64,000 nt of DNA, taken from the NCBI GenBank assembly GCA_001938485.1, contig MQRK01235862.1, positions 31,070-95,069 on the forward strand, read 5' to 3'. The position numbers were made by a program, and so were the translations under genes. Shown one piece after another: positions 1-13,971 of the stretch. The notes under the pieces were generated by a model. That model worked only from the letters and a program-made list of their open reading frames with translations, ran no database searches and was not told where the DNA came from. Every line of letters begins with the position of its first letter. The stretch's first letter is position 1. Source of the DNA: Girardia tigrina (taxonomy: Eukaryota).

Positions 1-300
1 AAAATGTCAAGAAAACAAAAATATTAAATATTTATTTATAAATAAAAATATTTTTAATAAGAAATTTTAAAAATTGATTTTAAAAATAAAGTTTAAATAA
101 TTTTTTGAAATAAATTTTCAGGGTTTTAAAAATTAAATCGAAAAGAATTTAATAGATTAATTTGGGTCGAGATAATTAAATTAAATTAACCGGAAAATTT
201 GTTTTAGAAATGTGAATTGTTATAGTAATAAATTTTTGGTGGTGTTAAATTATGGCTTTAGAATGTGATATTAATGAAAGTGGCATAAACGCTACTTACA
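1..300 (+). repeat. 3' part of an LTR (ends ...GCATAAACGCTACTTACA), inserted into the gag of the next element
   Basis: The last ~200 bp match 21120-21286 and 31540-31719. It has a CA terminus, and the gag-like frame (VPLNIYMELDEKKQ...) starts immediately at 301. Confidence 0.7.
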
Positions 301-2442
301 GTTCCGTTAAATATATACATGGAATTAGATGAAAAGAAACAGAGCAACTGTGAAGAAGTACTCCAAATCTTGGACAATTCATTCGGATTAACCAGACGAT
401 CTGCGTACAGCCAACTGATTAATTTGAAATATTACGAAGGACAAACTATTGACGATTACGTTTCTCAAGTAAAGATGTTGGCATCGACGATCTGACCAAG
501 GCGGCCTTTATGGCTGGATTGCCGTTCGAGTTGCAATTGAATTTAGAGCAGGTCGGAGATCAAGATTTAACCGAAATGGTTGAATATAGTCGCAGGTATT
601 TAGGAATTCAAAAATGCGTCACACAAAGTTCAATGTCAGCGGTACAAAACATTGGTGATGGAAAGATCGTTTCTAAAGAACGAAGTGAGGTCAGCGCGGT
701 AGAAGGAGTTCCTTTACAAAACCCCGTATGCCACATGACGGAAATCTGGTACAAACAAAGGTAAAGCGTTATGAAAATTCTGAGCGGCAATCTAATAGAC
801 AAATAATTTGCTATAAATTTAAGCAAGTTGGACGTATAGCAAAATATTGCAAGTCGGGAAACGGACAAGGGAGTTTGTAGGCGCCGGCTCTCTCCCTCAG
901 ACATTTCCGGCGCTGCCAACCATGAATGTCATTGTTAACAACAAGTCGGTTACAACGTTGATAGATTCGGGTTGATCAAAAACTGTTGTTTTGAAAGGGT
1001 TGATCAAGGGAAACTCATTACTGTCAAATGAGCAAAGAATTATTTTGGCTAATGGCGATGATATATGTGTGGGGATTAGTGATGTGGAATTTACTATAGA
1101 CAGCAAAACTAGAAACAGTTGTGAAGGGTCTAAATCTGTGTATTAAAGGGTGACTAACGAATTTTGTAGTAAAATCAGATAACAAATCAGTTGTTTCTTG
1201 GATAACTGAGGCACTATCAGAGCGAAATAAATCACACACGAAAGCCTCTTCCGAGCTTTTGATAAAGCGCCGATTGTCAATGATTAAGGAGTTGTGCCAG
1301 GAATACAAAATAACTTTGAAAATTGAGTTTGTTAATAGTGAAGACAACAAAGCTGATGAACTGACAAGAATACCCAAACAATTAAAACGAAGTAGTTCCC
1401 TTTTGTGTGTAACAGATGACATATTCAAACTACAGAAACTTCATGACAGATGTCATTTAGGTGCAAAAAGAATGTGATATCTGTGCGATAAATTGGAAAT
1501 AAATGTGTCAAATGCGGATATAAAGGATTTGATCTCGAAGTGTCAAAGTAGCACATCTATTGATCCGGCGCCAATAAAATGGGAAACTGGAAAATTAGCT
1601 GTCAATGAAAACTGGACAAGACTTGCAGCGGATGTCACAAAATTTGATCAACAAAAGTTATTAAGTACCATTGATGTGGACCCTCTCAATTTGCTGTATG
1701 GAAACTAATCAAAGCTGAGGATGTCAAATCGATTATTACAGAGTTTTCAAATTTGTTCTGCGAGCGTGGATCTGCAAAGGAGTTGATTATTGACAATTAT
1801 ACGACATTTCATTCAGCCGAATTCAGCAAGTTGATGGAAAAGTGGAATGTACATGTCCTATACCGCGCAATTAATCGACCAAATTGCAACGGAATAATAG
1901 AGAGAAACCATAAGACAATCAAGAGAATTGCGTCTCGATCGAATATCAGTATCATGGAAGCCTTTTGGTGGTATAACAATACACCTTCCGACGGAAAGGA
2001 GACCCCTAGTTCAGCTTTTAACAAGTACATTCCAGTCGGTTTGGAGATAATCGAAAGAATTGAAAAGGAGCCGTTTAGAATAAGGTAAAAACAGACTTCA
2101 TAGAGCAACAGTTAGTCTGGGTAAAGCCTGAAAATAATATGCCATGTACAAAGCAATGGACAAGAGGTGTTGTCGTTAGAAAATTGGATCAAAGAAAGTA
2201 CTTAATAAATTGTGATGGTTTTTGCGGTCCACGGCAAATAGCAGATATTCGACCAAGACAACCAGACCTGCCGCGAAACTCTTACTCGGATTACATGTTG
2301 GAAAATAACAACGAATAAGCTTTGAGTGTTAAGCAAAGTGAATCGGGAATCAGTAACAGACCCCAAAGAGAAAGACGAAAACCGAATTATTTAAACGAAT
2401 ATATAGTAGATATAGATTCTTGTGACTAAGAATCTGGGGGAG
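301..2442 (+). pseudogene. Degenerate Ty3/gypsy internal region: gag remnant, protease, RNase H C-terminus, integrase (RT deleted)
   Basis: Protease LIDSG at ~958, RNase H end 'SEDNKADELTR', HHCC 'LHDRCHLG...C', integrase 'LAADVT', 'LIIDNY', 'NGIIERNHKTIK', PPT GGGGGAG at 2436-2442. Many stops and frameshifts. Confidence 0.85.
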
Positions 2443-2742
2443 TGTTCCATGTTAAATTTATTTATTAAATGAAATATTTAACATGAAAAAATATAGATAA
2501 TTATTTGTTTAAATAATATCTATTTAAAAGTATTTGTTATTGAAAAATAAATGTTATAGATTTGTTATTCGTTGTTACATAATCAATTGTATTTTTTTAA
2601 TTGTAAAGATAATTTATTCATGATTTGCAGTTTAAAATGACTTTTATTTGTTTCTTTTTTCTGCTTAACTCTAGTTTTTATCTTTGTCTGATACACCATA
2701 AATGTATTTCTTTCAAGGTAAAAACAATATAAAGTAATAACA
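2443..2742 (+). repeat. Putative 3' LTR of the 301-2442 element
   Basis: TGTT start directly after the PPT. The AACA end at 2742 is a guess. Confidence 0.45.
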
Positions 2743-5269
2743 TAAATAATTGTGATGAATTTAATTTATAAGCAAAAATAATATATGTATGAAGGTCATT
2801 TCCCGATGGTAAAATTTGATGCAAGATTGTTCACGAGCCTGAACGCAGAGGATTCTGCGATCACTCAGATGGTTCAGTGAATATGATTGATGATGATATT
2901 ACGGGGCTTGTGATGACGATGAATAAATATGAGTGCTGTTTTAATAAACTCATTGCAAGTGTAACTTTGATTTAAGAAATATTGTCAGCGTCGACTTTGT
3001 TTTCTGTTGGATTAGATTGCAACAAAAATTATCAATAATTAACAATAATGCGCTTGCATGTTAACGTATTTCTTAAGTCTTTTTGTGGTTAATGAAAAAA
3101 AATTCAAAATGATAAATAAAATAATTTAACTGAATTAAATTCCGATACAAAAACGTTTATTTAACTATCGATATTATTGATTTAATGCACATTCGATAAT
3201 AAGTCATATTTTAACAGTTTTTTACTGGGCACTCACTTTCTGACAATTTCGTGAAAATGAAACCTATTTTTCTGAAATGCATCTTTTTCAAACCATACGG
3301 GAAAGAACTTTTAGTATTGATACTCTTTGTAGTGCCCTACTTATTTTGCTGTTCCTTGTATTTTTTATTAATTTAACTGTAATACGTGATATTCATGTGT
3401 TGTTCATGTTTTTAGCAATTTTTTTTAATACTTGTTTTCTTTCTTTCGTTTTGTCCCATCTTCTGACAATTCTATTGTATGTGTATCTCGTTGTTTTGGT
3501 ATGAACAAAGGGTAAATTCATACATGAATGCAGGACAGTTTTCTTTATTCACATGTACCATTTTTATCTATTTTTTATGTGTTATATTTTTTTTGACGAA
3601 GTAAGAAGAAGTTCAATCAAAAAAAAGTAAGAAGAAGATAAGGGAAAGAATAGAAAAAATAAGCAGAGGGTTATATTATCCCCACTATTTTTTTAACCCT
3701 GATAATTATTATTTAATTATTGCTATTAGCAATAATTAAATTTCAAAATAAAAAAAAATCATTAAAAGATTGATTATTTAATTTTATGATAAAAAGTTAA
3801 GAAGCGAATTGAAAAAAAAATTACTCGTTGGGAAAATTATCGTTGCTAATTAAACCTGCTTCGCTTGTTATAAAACAACAAAAGACAATTCCAAATCAAC
3901 AAAAAAAAAGAACTTGTCTATTCTGAATCATTCTCATTTGTCCATTCCCTATTCCGGCAACCTATCAAATCCGATCCATTCAAAAAATAACTGGAGTACT
4001 CGCTGTCCCCAACTAGAGAAACACGTAGGAGTCTCTCTACACAGTAGTAGACTATGAAGTAACTAACGGTATTATTTTTGATTGTTTCTCGAAGCCAATA
4101 TCTTTTTTTTTGTGATCAACTTTAATTACCTTCTTTTTATAATATTTTCTGTTTGATAGTTATCAATAGAATAATTGTTGTTATAATTGCATTATTTTGG
4201 TGGTTTTATAAACACATCAGTCAAACTCAGCTTGTAAACAATCCGTACTTATACTAGTAATATCTTCTTTGAACAGTAATAAAAACCGTGTTTTAGCACC
4301 TCAGTTGAAACACAGTTTTTATACTCTTCAATGACAAACTCTAGTTTACCACTGTACACGTCCACAGTCACAACTTGATCTATAGAAATGGGACTGTGAT
4401 TATCATCAGAATAATAAGTTTATGAATCAGTCAATTTGCCGTGCTGCAAAGAGTAAGAGTCAAAATAGGGGATCGAGTGATAAAGAATGATAAAGTTTAT
4501 CCCTAAAGTTTATTTATCCGATAAACCAGTTACATCTGAAGGTGGCAGAAGATGGAGCTACACAACGGAATATTCTAGGTGAGTGCCCACTTCATCAATT
4601 ATTCAATGAGTTGGCACCCATTTGGGTGTGCAGTTACTAAGTTAAGGCATTTCCTGTTCGACAACAAATAATATAATTATATAATATTAATGATATTTTA
4701 ATATATGATGTTAATATATGATATGATGTTAATTTTTTATTTTACGTAATGGTGTTTTTTGCAGTAGTTAACTGTCAAATATATGATATATTCGTATGAT
4801 TTACATGTTACATAGATAGTACTCTTCCTCCATAAATAAAAACGTGGTTGTTTTGATTAAACAATCATTATATTTATAAAACAGCGTAGTAGTTGATAAT
4901 TATAACTGAAGATTGTGGAAAATAAGTCGAAAATTTTTCGAAGAAATTTATAAAGTGAATGAATTTTATGATATCTGATGATGTGTTGGATAAAACCATT
5001 AAACATTTGCGATTGTTTTTTTAAATTGATTATTAAAATAGTATATTCCGAAAAATGCTTTTATAACTATGAAATTCAAAACAAATAAACTCCATTTAAA
5101 AATATTAAAAAAAATAATAATGAACAAATTAATAATTTAAATATTGAAAACTGCTTTAAACTTGGGTATACTCTAGGTTTACCTTATTCTGAGAGTTTTA
5201 AACACCTAAGGAATTTGATCTTGAAATCAACAAATAAATTTTACATTTAAAAATTATATCTCAATCATA

Positions 5270-8200
5270 TAAAGTGTATCTTGTGTATATCTTCCACAAA
5301 TTCAGTTCTTTTGATTTTCTGGATCCAGTATTTATTATCTATTGTCGTCACGATATCATCTTTCAGTATCCATTTCTTTGTTTTCCCAGTTCTAATATCT
5401 TCTCTAATTTGGTTTATCTCATCATTATCTTTCTACCATCTGAATTCTTTTGATTCATCGTCAAGGGCTAAGATTCTTGTTTTAATTTTTCTTTTCTTAG
5501 CTTCTTCGTGCATCATCTGACATTGTACACACATTTCGTAGGAATTCCTCGACATTGCATCGGCGTTAGAGTGTGTTTTTCGCCTTTCCGGTATTCTATT
5601 TTCATATCCAACCCACTGAGAAAATTTATCCAAGTTTGAAACTGTGGGGTTATTGAATTCTTTGTTGTCAACATAAATGTGATGGCTTTGTGAACTGTTC
5701 TTAATAAAAAATTTTTGCGTAAGGATAGTGTTTAAAGTGTTGCGTAAAATAGTAGATTGCCAGCAGTTCCTTTCTCGTAATACAGTATCCCAATTCATGC
5801 TTGTTCCTTTTGTGGGATCCATATGCAATCACTCTTTCTCTTCCATATATATCTTTCTGAGATAGCACTGCTCCAATGGTATCAAAGCTGGAATATGTAT
5901 CCAATATGAACTCATTTTCAAAATCTGGATATGCTAGTATTGGTGTTTTGATCATTTTTTCCTTTAATTTCTGAAATGCCTCGTTACACTCTTCCGTCCA
6001 TATTATTTTTTTATCTTTATTCTTTCTACACAGCCTTTCCAATACTTTTGAATATTTTGCGTAGCCTTTAAGAAAATTTCTGTAATAGTTTGTTAAACCT
6101 AAAAAACTTCTTAAGTGCTTAACACATGAAGGGTTCTGAAACTGTCTAATCGTATCGATCTTTGTTTGATCTGTTTCTAAATCTTTGCTGATCAAGTATC
6201 CTAAAAACTTTGTCCTTTCAACCAAGAAGTGGCATTTCTCAGGGTATATTCTTAGACCAGATTCCTTTATTTTACTAAATACATGTTCAATTCGTTTGAG
6301 GTGTTCCTTTTTATCTTTCGCAAAAATTAAATTATCGTCCAAATATACAACTGCCTCTTTCCAGTTCAATTTGCCAAAAACTTTTACCATTAGTTTTTGG
6401 AAAATTGCTGGTGCCGCCGCAATTCCGAACGGCATTCTGTTGAAATAGAATTGACCATTCTTTGTTGAAAATGCTGTTTTGATTTTTGATTCATCTTCCA
6501 GCTCTACTTGATTCTGCTCTTTAATTCTTGATTCTTCTCTTTAATTCTGCTCTTCCTAAGTCGATCGTGCTAAATTACTTTGCTCCATTTAATGTGTTTA
6601 GCATCTCTTCTACATTTGGCATTAGAAAAGCAGGTCTGACAGTGATTTTGTTTAATTGTCGAAAATCTACGCACACTCTAATGTCCTGTTTCTCCTTTTT
6701 CCAAACACATACAAGAGGGAAATTCTACGGAGAACTGCACTTTTCGATAATATCGTTTACTTCATAATTTCTAATGATATCGTCTAATTTTTCTTCGAAA
6801 TGTTTCGGCTGTCGATACGGTTTCACTAATATCGGTTCTACATGCGTTTCGATTTTATGTTTTGTCAGTAAGGTTCTTCCAATATCCCATTTGTCGGCCA
6901 TAAATATTGATTTATATTCTGTTAAACATCCCATTAATTGGTCGTCATTTTTTTCGTACAGCTCTTTAATTCTGTTTAGTATATCCTCATCAGAGGGGCT
7001 GTCTCGTATTACTAATACATTTTCTGTGTGAGATGGTTCTTTCTTCAACTTTATTCCAAATTTGTCCAAAAAATCTATTCCTGCTATCATTTCTGGATCT
7101 AGATCTTTAACTACAAAAAAATCAATCGTTTTCACTAACCTTTCAATTATCACTTTTAGTTGTACAATTCCATAGTTTATAAGTTCCGAGTCATTTGCAG
7201 AGTGTATTCGTCTTTTTGTTTCTTTTATTTTGATATCTTTCATATCTTTGATAATCTTTGCTTTAATAACATTGACTCGGGCCTCTGTGTCCAACAGGCA
7301 CTGTACACTTTTATTCTTTATGCGAAACTCTATGCTTGGTCGTCCTTTCAATTCTTTATAATTTATGTTAAACATTGGTATTCTCGATACATCTGCATTC
7401 TTTTTTTTCTTTTCTTCTCTTTTTCGGTTTACATATTATCACATTTTCCATCATTTCAATCATGTTCACCATTTAGTATACATATCTCCAGAGGAATATT
7501 TTAAAACACATCATCAAACATACAATCACATACACATTCATACATACAATCAATCATAAATCTACATTTATTTCCTATTGTAGCACACTGATCACTTCTC
7601 CCTGTGATCGTGCATCCTCGTTTCCATGCTCGTTTCTGAATTTCGTGAAATAATCTCTTCTTGTAATATCTTCCCTTCTATCTGTTCTTTCCGACATTCT
7701 GTCCCATTCCTCATTTCGTTTTCCTAATTTAGCCAATGAATATTTTCTATTTTTCTTTGAACTTCATTCTCCATATTTCACATTCGAGTAATTTCTCCTG
7801 TCATCTCTTCCAGTCTTTCCGTTGTCCCGTTTCCATTGCACCCGTTCTCTGAATCTATTTGGATTTTCATAGCATTGTGTTCTTACGTGCCCCTTTTTAT
7901 TACAGTGGTTGCATCTGATATTTGGGCATTCTCTTCTCACATGACCTTCTTCGTGGCATGCCCGACAATAATTTTTTCTCCTTTTGAAATATCTATTTCT
8001 TTCTTCTCTTATTCTTTCTTCGCTTTGTGGTCTTGGCTGTCGTCTCTTATGTTCGACCGTTCTCCATTCGTTGTCTCTTTTTGTAGTGTAAGCGTCCACC
8101 CTTATATCTTGACTCTTTAATTCGAATTCGTATATTTTCTTCTGTATACATTCGATATCCTCAGCTTTCGAGATACCTCTCCAAGCTATTTGTCTCTTTA

Positions 8201-9522
8201 CTTCTCTATCATCTACGGTGTTAGCATATGCTAAGTCTGATATCTCTTTTTTTCCTAATTTCTTTTCTACTAGTTTTCCAACTAGTTCGTCTATTTACCT
8301 GTGATGGTTCGGGGGTCGACTGAAGCGTCAGACTTTGATTACGTGCTCCAGGAAACCGAACAGAAATTAGCGGTGTCGAAAATCCGCTGTTTCGGCGAGC
8401 ATCATTTTATCCAGAACGATGCCGGATCGACAAATACGTGCAACTAAAAAAGAAACGAAAACCGCTGCAAGTACAAGGGCCACCAAAAAGGCCACAAAAG
8501 AAACAAAAAATACTATTTTTCGACAATTAACCTCCATCATAGCCATCAAAAACAAAAACCGAGTTTCTCTAAAATATTTTTATTTAGAAATCGAAAGTAT
8601 AATTAAAGATCAAAACAAAATACAAATAAAAACAATTTGTACATTTTTTGACATAAAATAATTATTAAAAATTTTAATTTGTTTTCATTGTTGATTCCAC
8701 AAAATGAATTTTTTTCTTTCAATATTTTTAATTGATAGCTGAAATTGTTGTCTGATTGATATAAAAAACTAAATGAATTAATAAACAAATGGCTAATAAA
8801 CATCAAAAAATTCTTTTTTCCTTGACAATTACTTCTTTTTCCATTGAATAATAAAAACTTTACCTTTTACAAAATACACATAATTGTTGTGGTACGCAAC
8901 ATTACCAAAATACGGTTGAAGGGTCGATTGATCCAACTTTTATTTCAACAAGTTTCCTCCTTATCTCCAGAATGTTCTTTTCTCTGGTGAATGTAGATCT
9001 CATTTTTGTTTCCCATGTATCTCCCTGTGCATTTTCGTATTTGTTTATTGCTTCGGGAGTCATGAATGCTGTCACCAGCAAGATTCTTCTTTCTTTTGAA
9101 AATCCCATGATCTTCGCATATCTGCCGAAGCTTTTTAAAAACTCCTCAACTTTTGACTTAGATCCGTCAAATATTTCTGAACCTCTAATGTTCGGAGTCA
9201 CGTCGTCGTTGGTCGCCATATTAAGAACATTAATTGGGGTTTCTTTGCATTTATTTATATCACAATTTGAATTGTCACTACAACAATTCTCCGTAAAACT
9301 TACGTAGCTCGTCATCGTTCTTGATTGGTAATATTTAATAATATTCTTTAACGTATTATTATTCAAACAAATTTAAAATACAATTTAATCATTACAAAAA
9401 TAATTTATACTTTAAATTATAATTTAATTATTACAAAAAATATTTGTAATTGAAATTTAAAATAATTTTTATTTATTTTAAGAAATTATTCTTAAAATAT
9501 TATTATTTATTAAAATATTAAT
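5270..9522 (-). mobile_element. Ty3/gypsy retrotransposon, 3'-truncated (partial 5' LTR, PBS, gag, PR, RT, RNase H, start of IN)
   Basis: PBS TGGCGACCA at 9218-9210, gag with 2 CCHC knuckles (CRACHEEGHVRREC, CNHCNKKGHVRTQC), PR 'CLLDTEA', RT 'MPFG...YLDD', RNase H 'FILDT..S...IGAVLSQ', 'ELLAI', 'NADAMSR'. Confidence 0.92.
8300..8901. repeat. Solo LTR (602 bp) inserted into gag
   Basis: TGTGA...CAACA termini and a perfect 5-bp TSD TTACC (8295-8299, 8902-8906). Removing it rejoins the gag halves. Confidence 0.85.
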
Positions 9523-9529
9523 CCTGACC

Positions 9530-10970
9530 CTTATGACAAAATCAAACGGACAACAATAGAAATGTAACAATGAAGAAATAAAAGAGATAACTAAAACGCT
9601 ACATATTGGTCATTCAAAAAAATTTAAGATTGAAAATGGAATAATTCTAACAAAAGAAGGTAAAATATGGATTCCAGAAGAAAGAAGCGCAGATTTTATT
9701 ATTGAAATACACAAGCTGTTATTTCACACAGGAAGTAAAAAAGTGTATGATTACATAAAAGCTGTTTTCGATATGAATAAAGTTAGTGAAAACACAAAAA
9801 AAGATCGTCGAAGCGTGTGAAATATGTCAAAAACGAAAAACCTTGACAACAAGATTGAAAGAAATAACGCTAAAACAAAGTGCAGATTTGAAACAAAGTT
9901 CCATTTGAAAATATTTTTTAGATTTTTGTTTACCGTTCAAACAGGTGTATCAAAGGGAAAAAATACATATTGGCCATTATCGACCAATTAAGCCGATACA
10001 TATCATTACACGCCGTTGATAAACAGGATGAACAGGCAATAACAAACGTATTGTTTAGAAATTGGATTTTAAAATTTGGGCACCTCGTACCATACATTTA
10101 GATTGTGGTAAGGCGTTCCAATCGAAGATGGTGAAACAACAGTCAGAGCATTACAAAATCAATTTACAATTCTCGAGTTCACACCATCATAGCACTAATG
10201 GGTTGATAGAAAGGCAGTTTAGAACTGTATGGGATTACATAGCGACGTCAATTAACGATAAACGAGGGAAAACCTGGGTAGATATTTTACTGGAAATCGA
10301 ATTTACCTTAAACGCTACTGTTCAAAGTCTATTAGAATGAGCTCTGCAGAAGTTTTTTTTGATTTAGAATTAATAGACAATGGAATGAAACGAATAAAAT
10401 AATCAAAGACAGAGATGAAATTTTAGAGACAGTTAAGAACAACCAAAAGAAAATTCGATACAATAACGATAGAACTTGTCAAAGAGAATTCCAAGTGGGG
10501 GAATGCATATTAAGCAAAGTGGAAGGAAATACTACAAAAGATGCTAATCGATTCGAGGGACCTTTGGAAATCCTACAAAAAAGACACGATAGAAGTTATA
10601 TATTGGAAGGGGAAAACGATAAAACAGTTATAAGAAAAATATCTTGGCTGAAGCCTTTTAAAGGAGCGGGATGTAAGATATAATTAATAACTTAATAATA
10701 ATTTGTAAATAAACTAAATTTAATTAAAAATAATAATGGTTCAAGAATACTTTTAATAAAACTCTCTGTTTAGAATATAGAATTTAGTTAAATTAAAATA
10801 TGTCATTAAATATGACATATTTTAAGGTTGTTTAAATAATCTAAAATAATAGGCGATAATTTAATTTTGGATTATAAATAAATTTTAGAAGAGTATTTTC
10901 GTTATTTCTAACAGATTAAAAGTTAAATTTATTTATTTTAATCAATTTTTGTACATTTTGTATCCCAATA
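9530..10970 (+). pseudogene. Gypsy integrase remnant with PPT and start of the 3' LTR
   Basis: 'IHLDCGKAF', 'HHSTNGLIERQFRT', 'RFEGPLEI'. PPT AAAGGAGCGGGA is followed by TGTAAGA at 10672. The LTR end is uncertain. Confidence 0.8.
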
Positions 10971-10989
10971 TCATATTTATTTACTGCCT

Positions 10990-11228
10990 TTAATGTAGTA
11001 AAACAAAAATACAGCTGTATTATCAATGAACGTTTTAGTATGATTTATGAACGTTTTATTTAATTTATTGTTTTTAATGTAGTAAAACATATTTCTAAAC
11101 AGTAGTTTACATATTCATATAAATTATACAGTAATATAATGTATGAACGTTTTAGTTCATTTAATGTTTATTTATTGTTTTTAAAGTAGTAAAACATATT
11201 TAATGTAGTGTAATATATGAACGTTTAT
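10990..11228. repeat. Degenerate ~85-100 bp tandem repeat (3 units), followed by (TA)n
   Basis: Recurrent 'TGTAGTAAAACA' and 'ATGAACGTTTTA' motifs. Confidence 0.6.
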
Positions 11229-11242
11229 TTTTAATATAATAA

Positions 11243-11301
<59 letters not shown>

Positions 11302-11559
11302 AGTCTAAAGATAAAAAAAATAATTATATACCTTTTATATATTTTTGTTTTTATGTATAACTTGTAATAAATAGACACAAGGCGGGAATGTGAATTGTAT
11401 ATTCTCTAAATAACCTCCATTTTGATGCTAAACTATGTCAATACGTTTTACACTTTCCAGGCTAGTCCTTGATCCATCAAGTTTACGTTACAATATCACC
11501 AATATTAGTATATAATCTATTGTAGTCATATATGATTATGGTCAACATATTAATACTAT

Positions 11560-11606
<47 letters not shown>

Positions 11607-11755
11607 TATATGAATATACGCCATAAATAGTCTGTTGAGTAATAGAAAGCAATGCAATTTCGTAATCATTAAACCTTTTAGACGACTGTTATGTTTATTA
11701 TTATATGTTATATATTATGATTACATATAACTATATTCTTATTATTCTTATTATT

Positions 11756-12286
11756 CATTACGAACACCAACAAGGTTTTTCGAACTTTTATTTTCAATAC
11801 AATTAGATTGTCTTTTGGACAACTCTCAGCAAAGCTTTCGTAATTCGACATCATTCTAAATTGATGAATTTTAGTTAATGTTTTTTAATAAACAATTATT
11901 CGAACAAATTTTTCATTATTTTCAGATTTTATTTTTAAAGTTCAAATTTTGTAATTTTAGTAATATTTTATCTACATATTAATTTTATTTAAAAAATGAT
12001 TTTATGTAAAGAAAGAACATTTATTTAATTTAAAACTTAGTTAAAAGTTATTTACTTTATTTAAATTTTTAATATGAAAATTTGAAACGATTTAATATTT
12101 GTACATTTTTTACATATCTTATGCTGTACTTTAAAATATAAATTATACTCGAATAATTATCTATCGTGAACATCTAAAATATCAATTATCCATCTGGGTG
12201 ATAGAAACACATTTCCAAATACTAAACTCAACATACAAAATTCAACAAACCAATTTCAACATACCAAATTTAAAATATTTCTCACA
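11756..12286 (-). repeat. Solo LTR, TG...TA family
   Basis: 531 bp and closely matches 30881-31411 along its length. Confidence 0.8.
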
Positions 12287-12289
12287 ACT

Positions 12290-12511
12290 ATAAATAAAAA
12301 TGCTTTCTGCATTCTTTCGACACATTTCATTATTTATTAATTCACGGCTTCATATGTAGAAAATACATTCCTGCTGATAAATGCCTTGATCATCATTGAT
12401 TTGAGCGATTTTGAAAAATCTCTTGCAGTCCGATATAAGCAGGTGTACATCTTGAAGTCCATCGAATATCTTTTGATCACGGTTATTAATGATACTGATC
12501 ATCGTTGACAT
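12290..12511 (-). pseudogene. Gypsy gag N-terminal remnant
   Basis: MSTMISIINNRDQKIFDGLQDVHLLISDCKRFFKIAQI resembles 'IFDGSKSKVEEFLKSFGRYAKI' of the gag at 9219. Confidence 0.5.
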
Positions 12512-13925
12512 ACGAGATTATAATTTATTCTTAACAATCAAAATTTCTGCCACATTAGAATAATAAAACAAAAGAGTTCAAGGAAAACAGAATAAAAAAG
12601 AATATTTGGAATGTCTTACATACTAAACATATTATAATATTTAGTTTATAGATATTGTTAGATACATATTTAATTATCCTTGCATGATGTTGTTATAAAA
12701 ATGTTTCGTTTTGGAGACAAGTTAATTGAATACAAAATAAAACTTAATGAGAATTGTTTATCTTCTCCAGCATTTATTTACAATGTATTCACTTATGTTT
12801 ATATTAATTTAAAAAATTTTTTTCAAGTGGTGTCTCGGCTAAACCAATAATTATTGTAACAAAAGTTACTGTAACGAGGTTCAAGTATTATGCACATATA
12901 AAGTAATAATTAATAAACTCTAATATATTTTGAAAATCAACCGTGAAGTCACTGACAATAGATTAAATTTGTATTGACATAAGTTACTTATACCAGAGAC
13001 TTTTAATAAGAATGGATCTTGCCTTTAAAAGAATAAAAGATTTGTATTCATGTTGCTATGACGCTGGGAAGAGACAAATATTTTTAATTTTTATGAAATA
13101 TTTTTTAATATTTTTATCATATTGATTGAAAAAAATTTCAACAAATAAATATAAAAAGTTTAATCTCATTACATAAGATCAAATATTTTTGTCTTCCAAA
13201 GCATATCATTCGGAAAAGGAAATACACTTCAGACTCTGAGCTCTTTCAGTTGCCACTTGTAAAAGACATTTTTAAAATCAGGTAATTCAAATTAGACAAA
13301 AGCCTCCGTTTAAATTCAGTTTTTCAAGTAATTACGATGATGGCTTAAGTGTATGTGAACATTAAGTACAGCTTCTTATTCTAATAAGTCTTAGTAAAGA
13401 TTCAATTAATGTGTTTCAAAATGAATCATCAAAGTGCTCCTGTTTGATTTTAAATTTTAGATAATAAATAAACTCAAAATTGATGAATAATAAGTTATTT
13501 TCAGAATCTTACATTTTTTTTCTTTTATCTTATATTTTCCTATCTCACATCCCTTTTTTATAGATTTTGTTTATGTACTAGATTCTTTACGAACAGGGCT
13601 GATACCACTGTTATCAACCTCGTTACTTTGTGATACCAATTTTGTTGCATTATAATTAGTTTGGATTCTTCTTTTATCTATGTTGTTAAACAATATAAGT
13701 CCAATCATACAATGCTCGCAGCAATATTACCTCTTTGGTTGTTTTTAGCTTTGCTCTGAGGCCATTTATAAAATCCCTGTACTTCGTGAATGTCATTTCT
13801 TCGGGTAGCTTTAAATTTCATTATAAAAGAATGGTAATCCTGGTTTAAAGCAGAATAATATCGCAAATGGAATGCTTCAGATTTGAATTAAAAACAAAAA
13901 AGAAAAAAAATGAAATTGGAATTTC

Positions 13926-13971
<46 letters not shown>

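Noticed and set aside
8367-8661. ORFs with AT/KK repeats (8419-8661, 8367-8555)
   Set aside because: They lie inside a TSD-flanked solo LTR and are low complexity.
13100-13850. Possible hAT transposase remnant or host exon
   Set aside because: Too many stops and no motif I could assign confidently.
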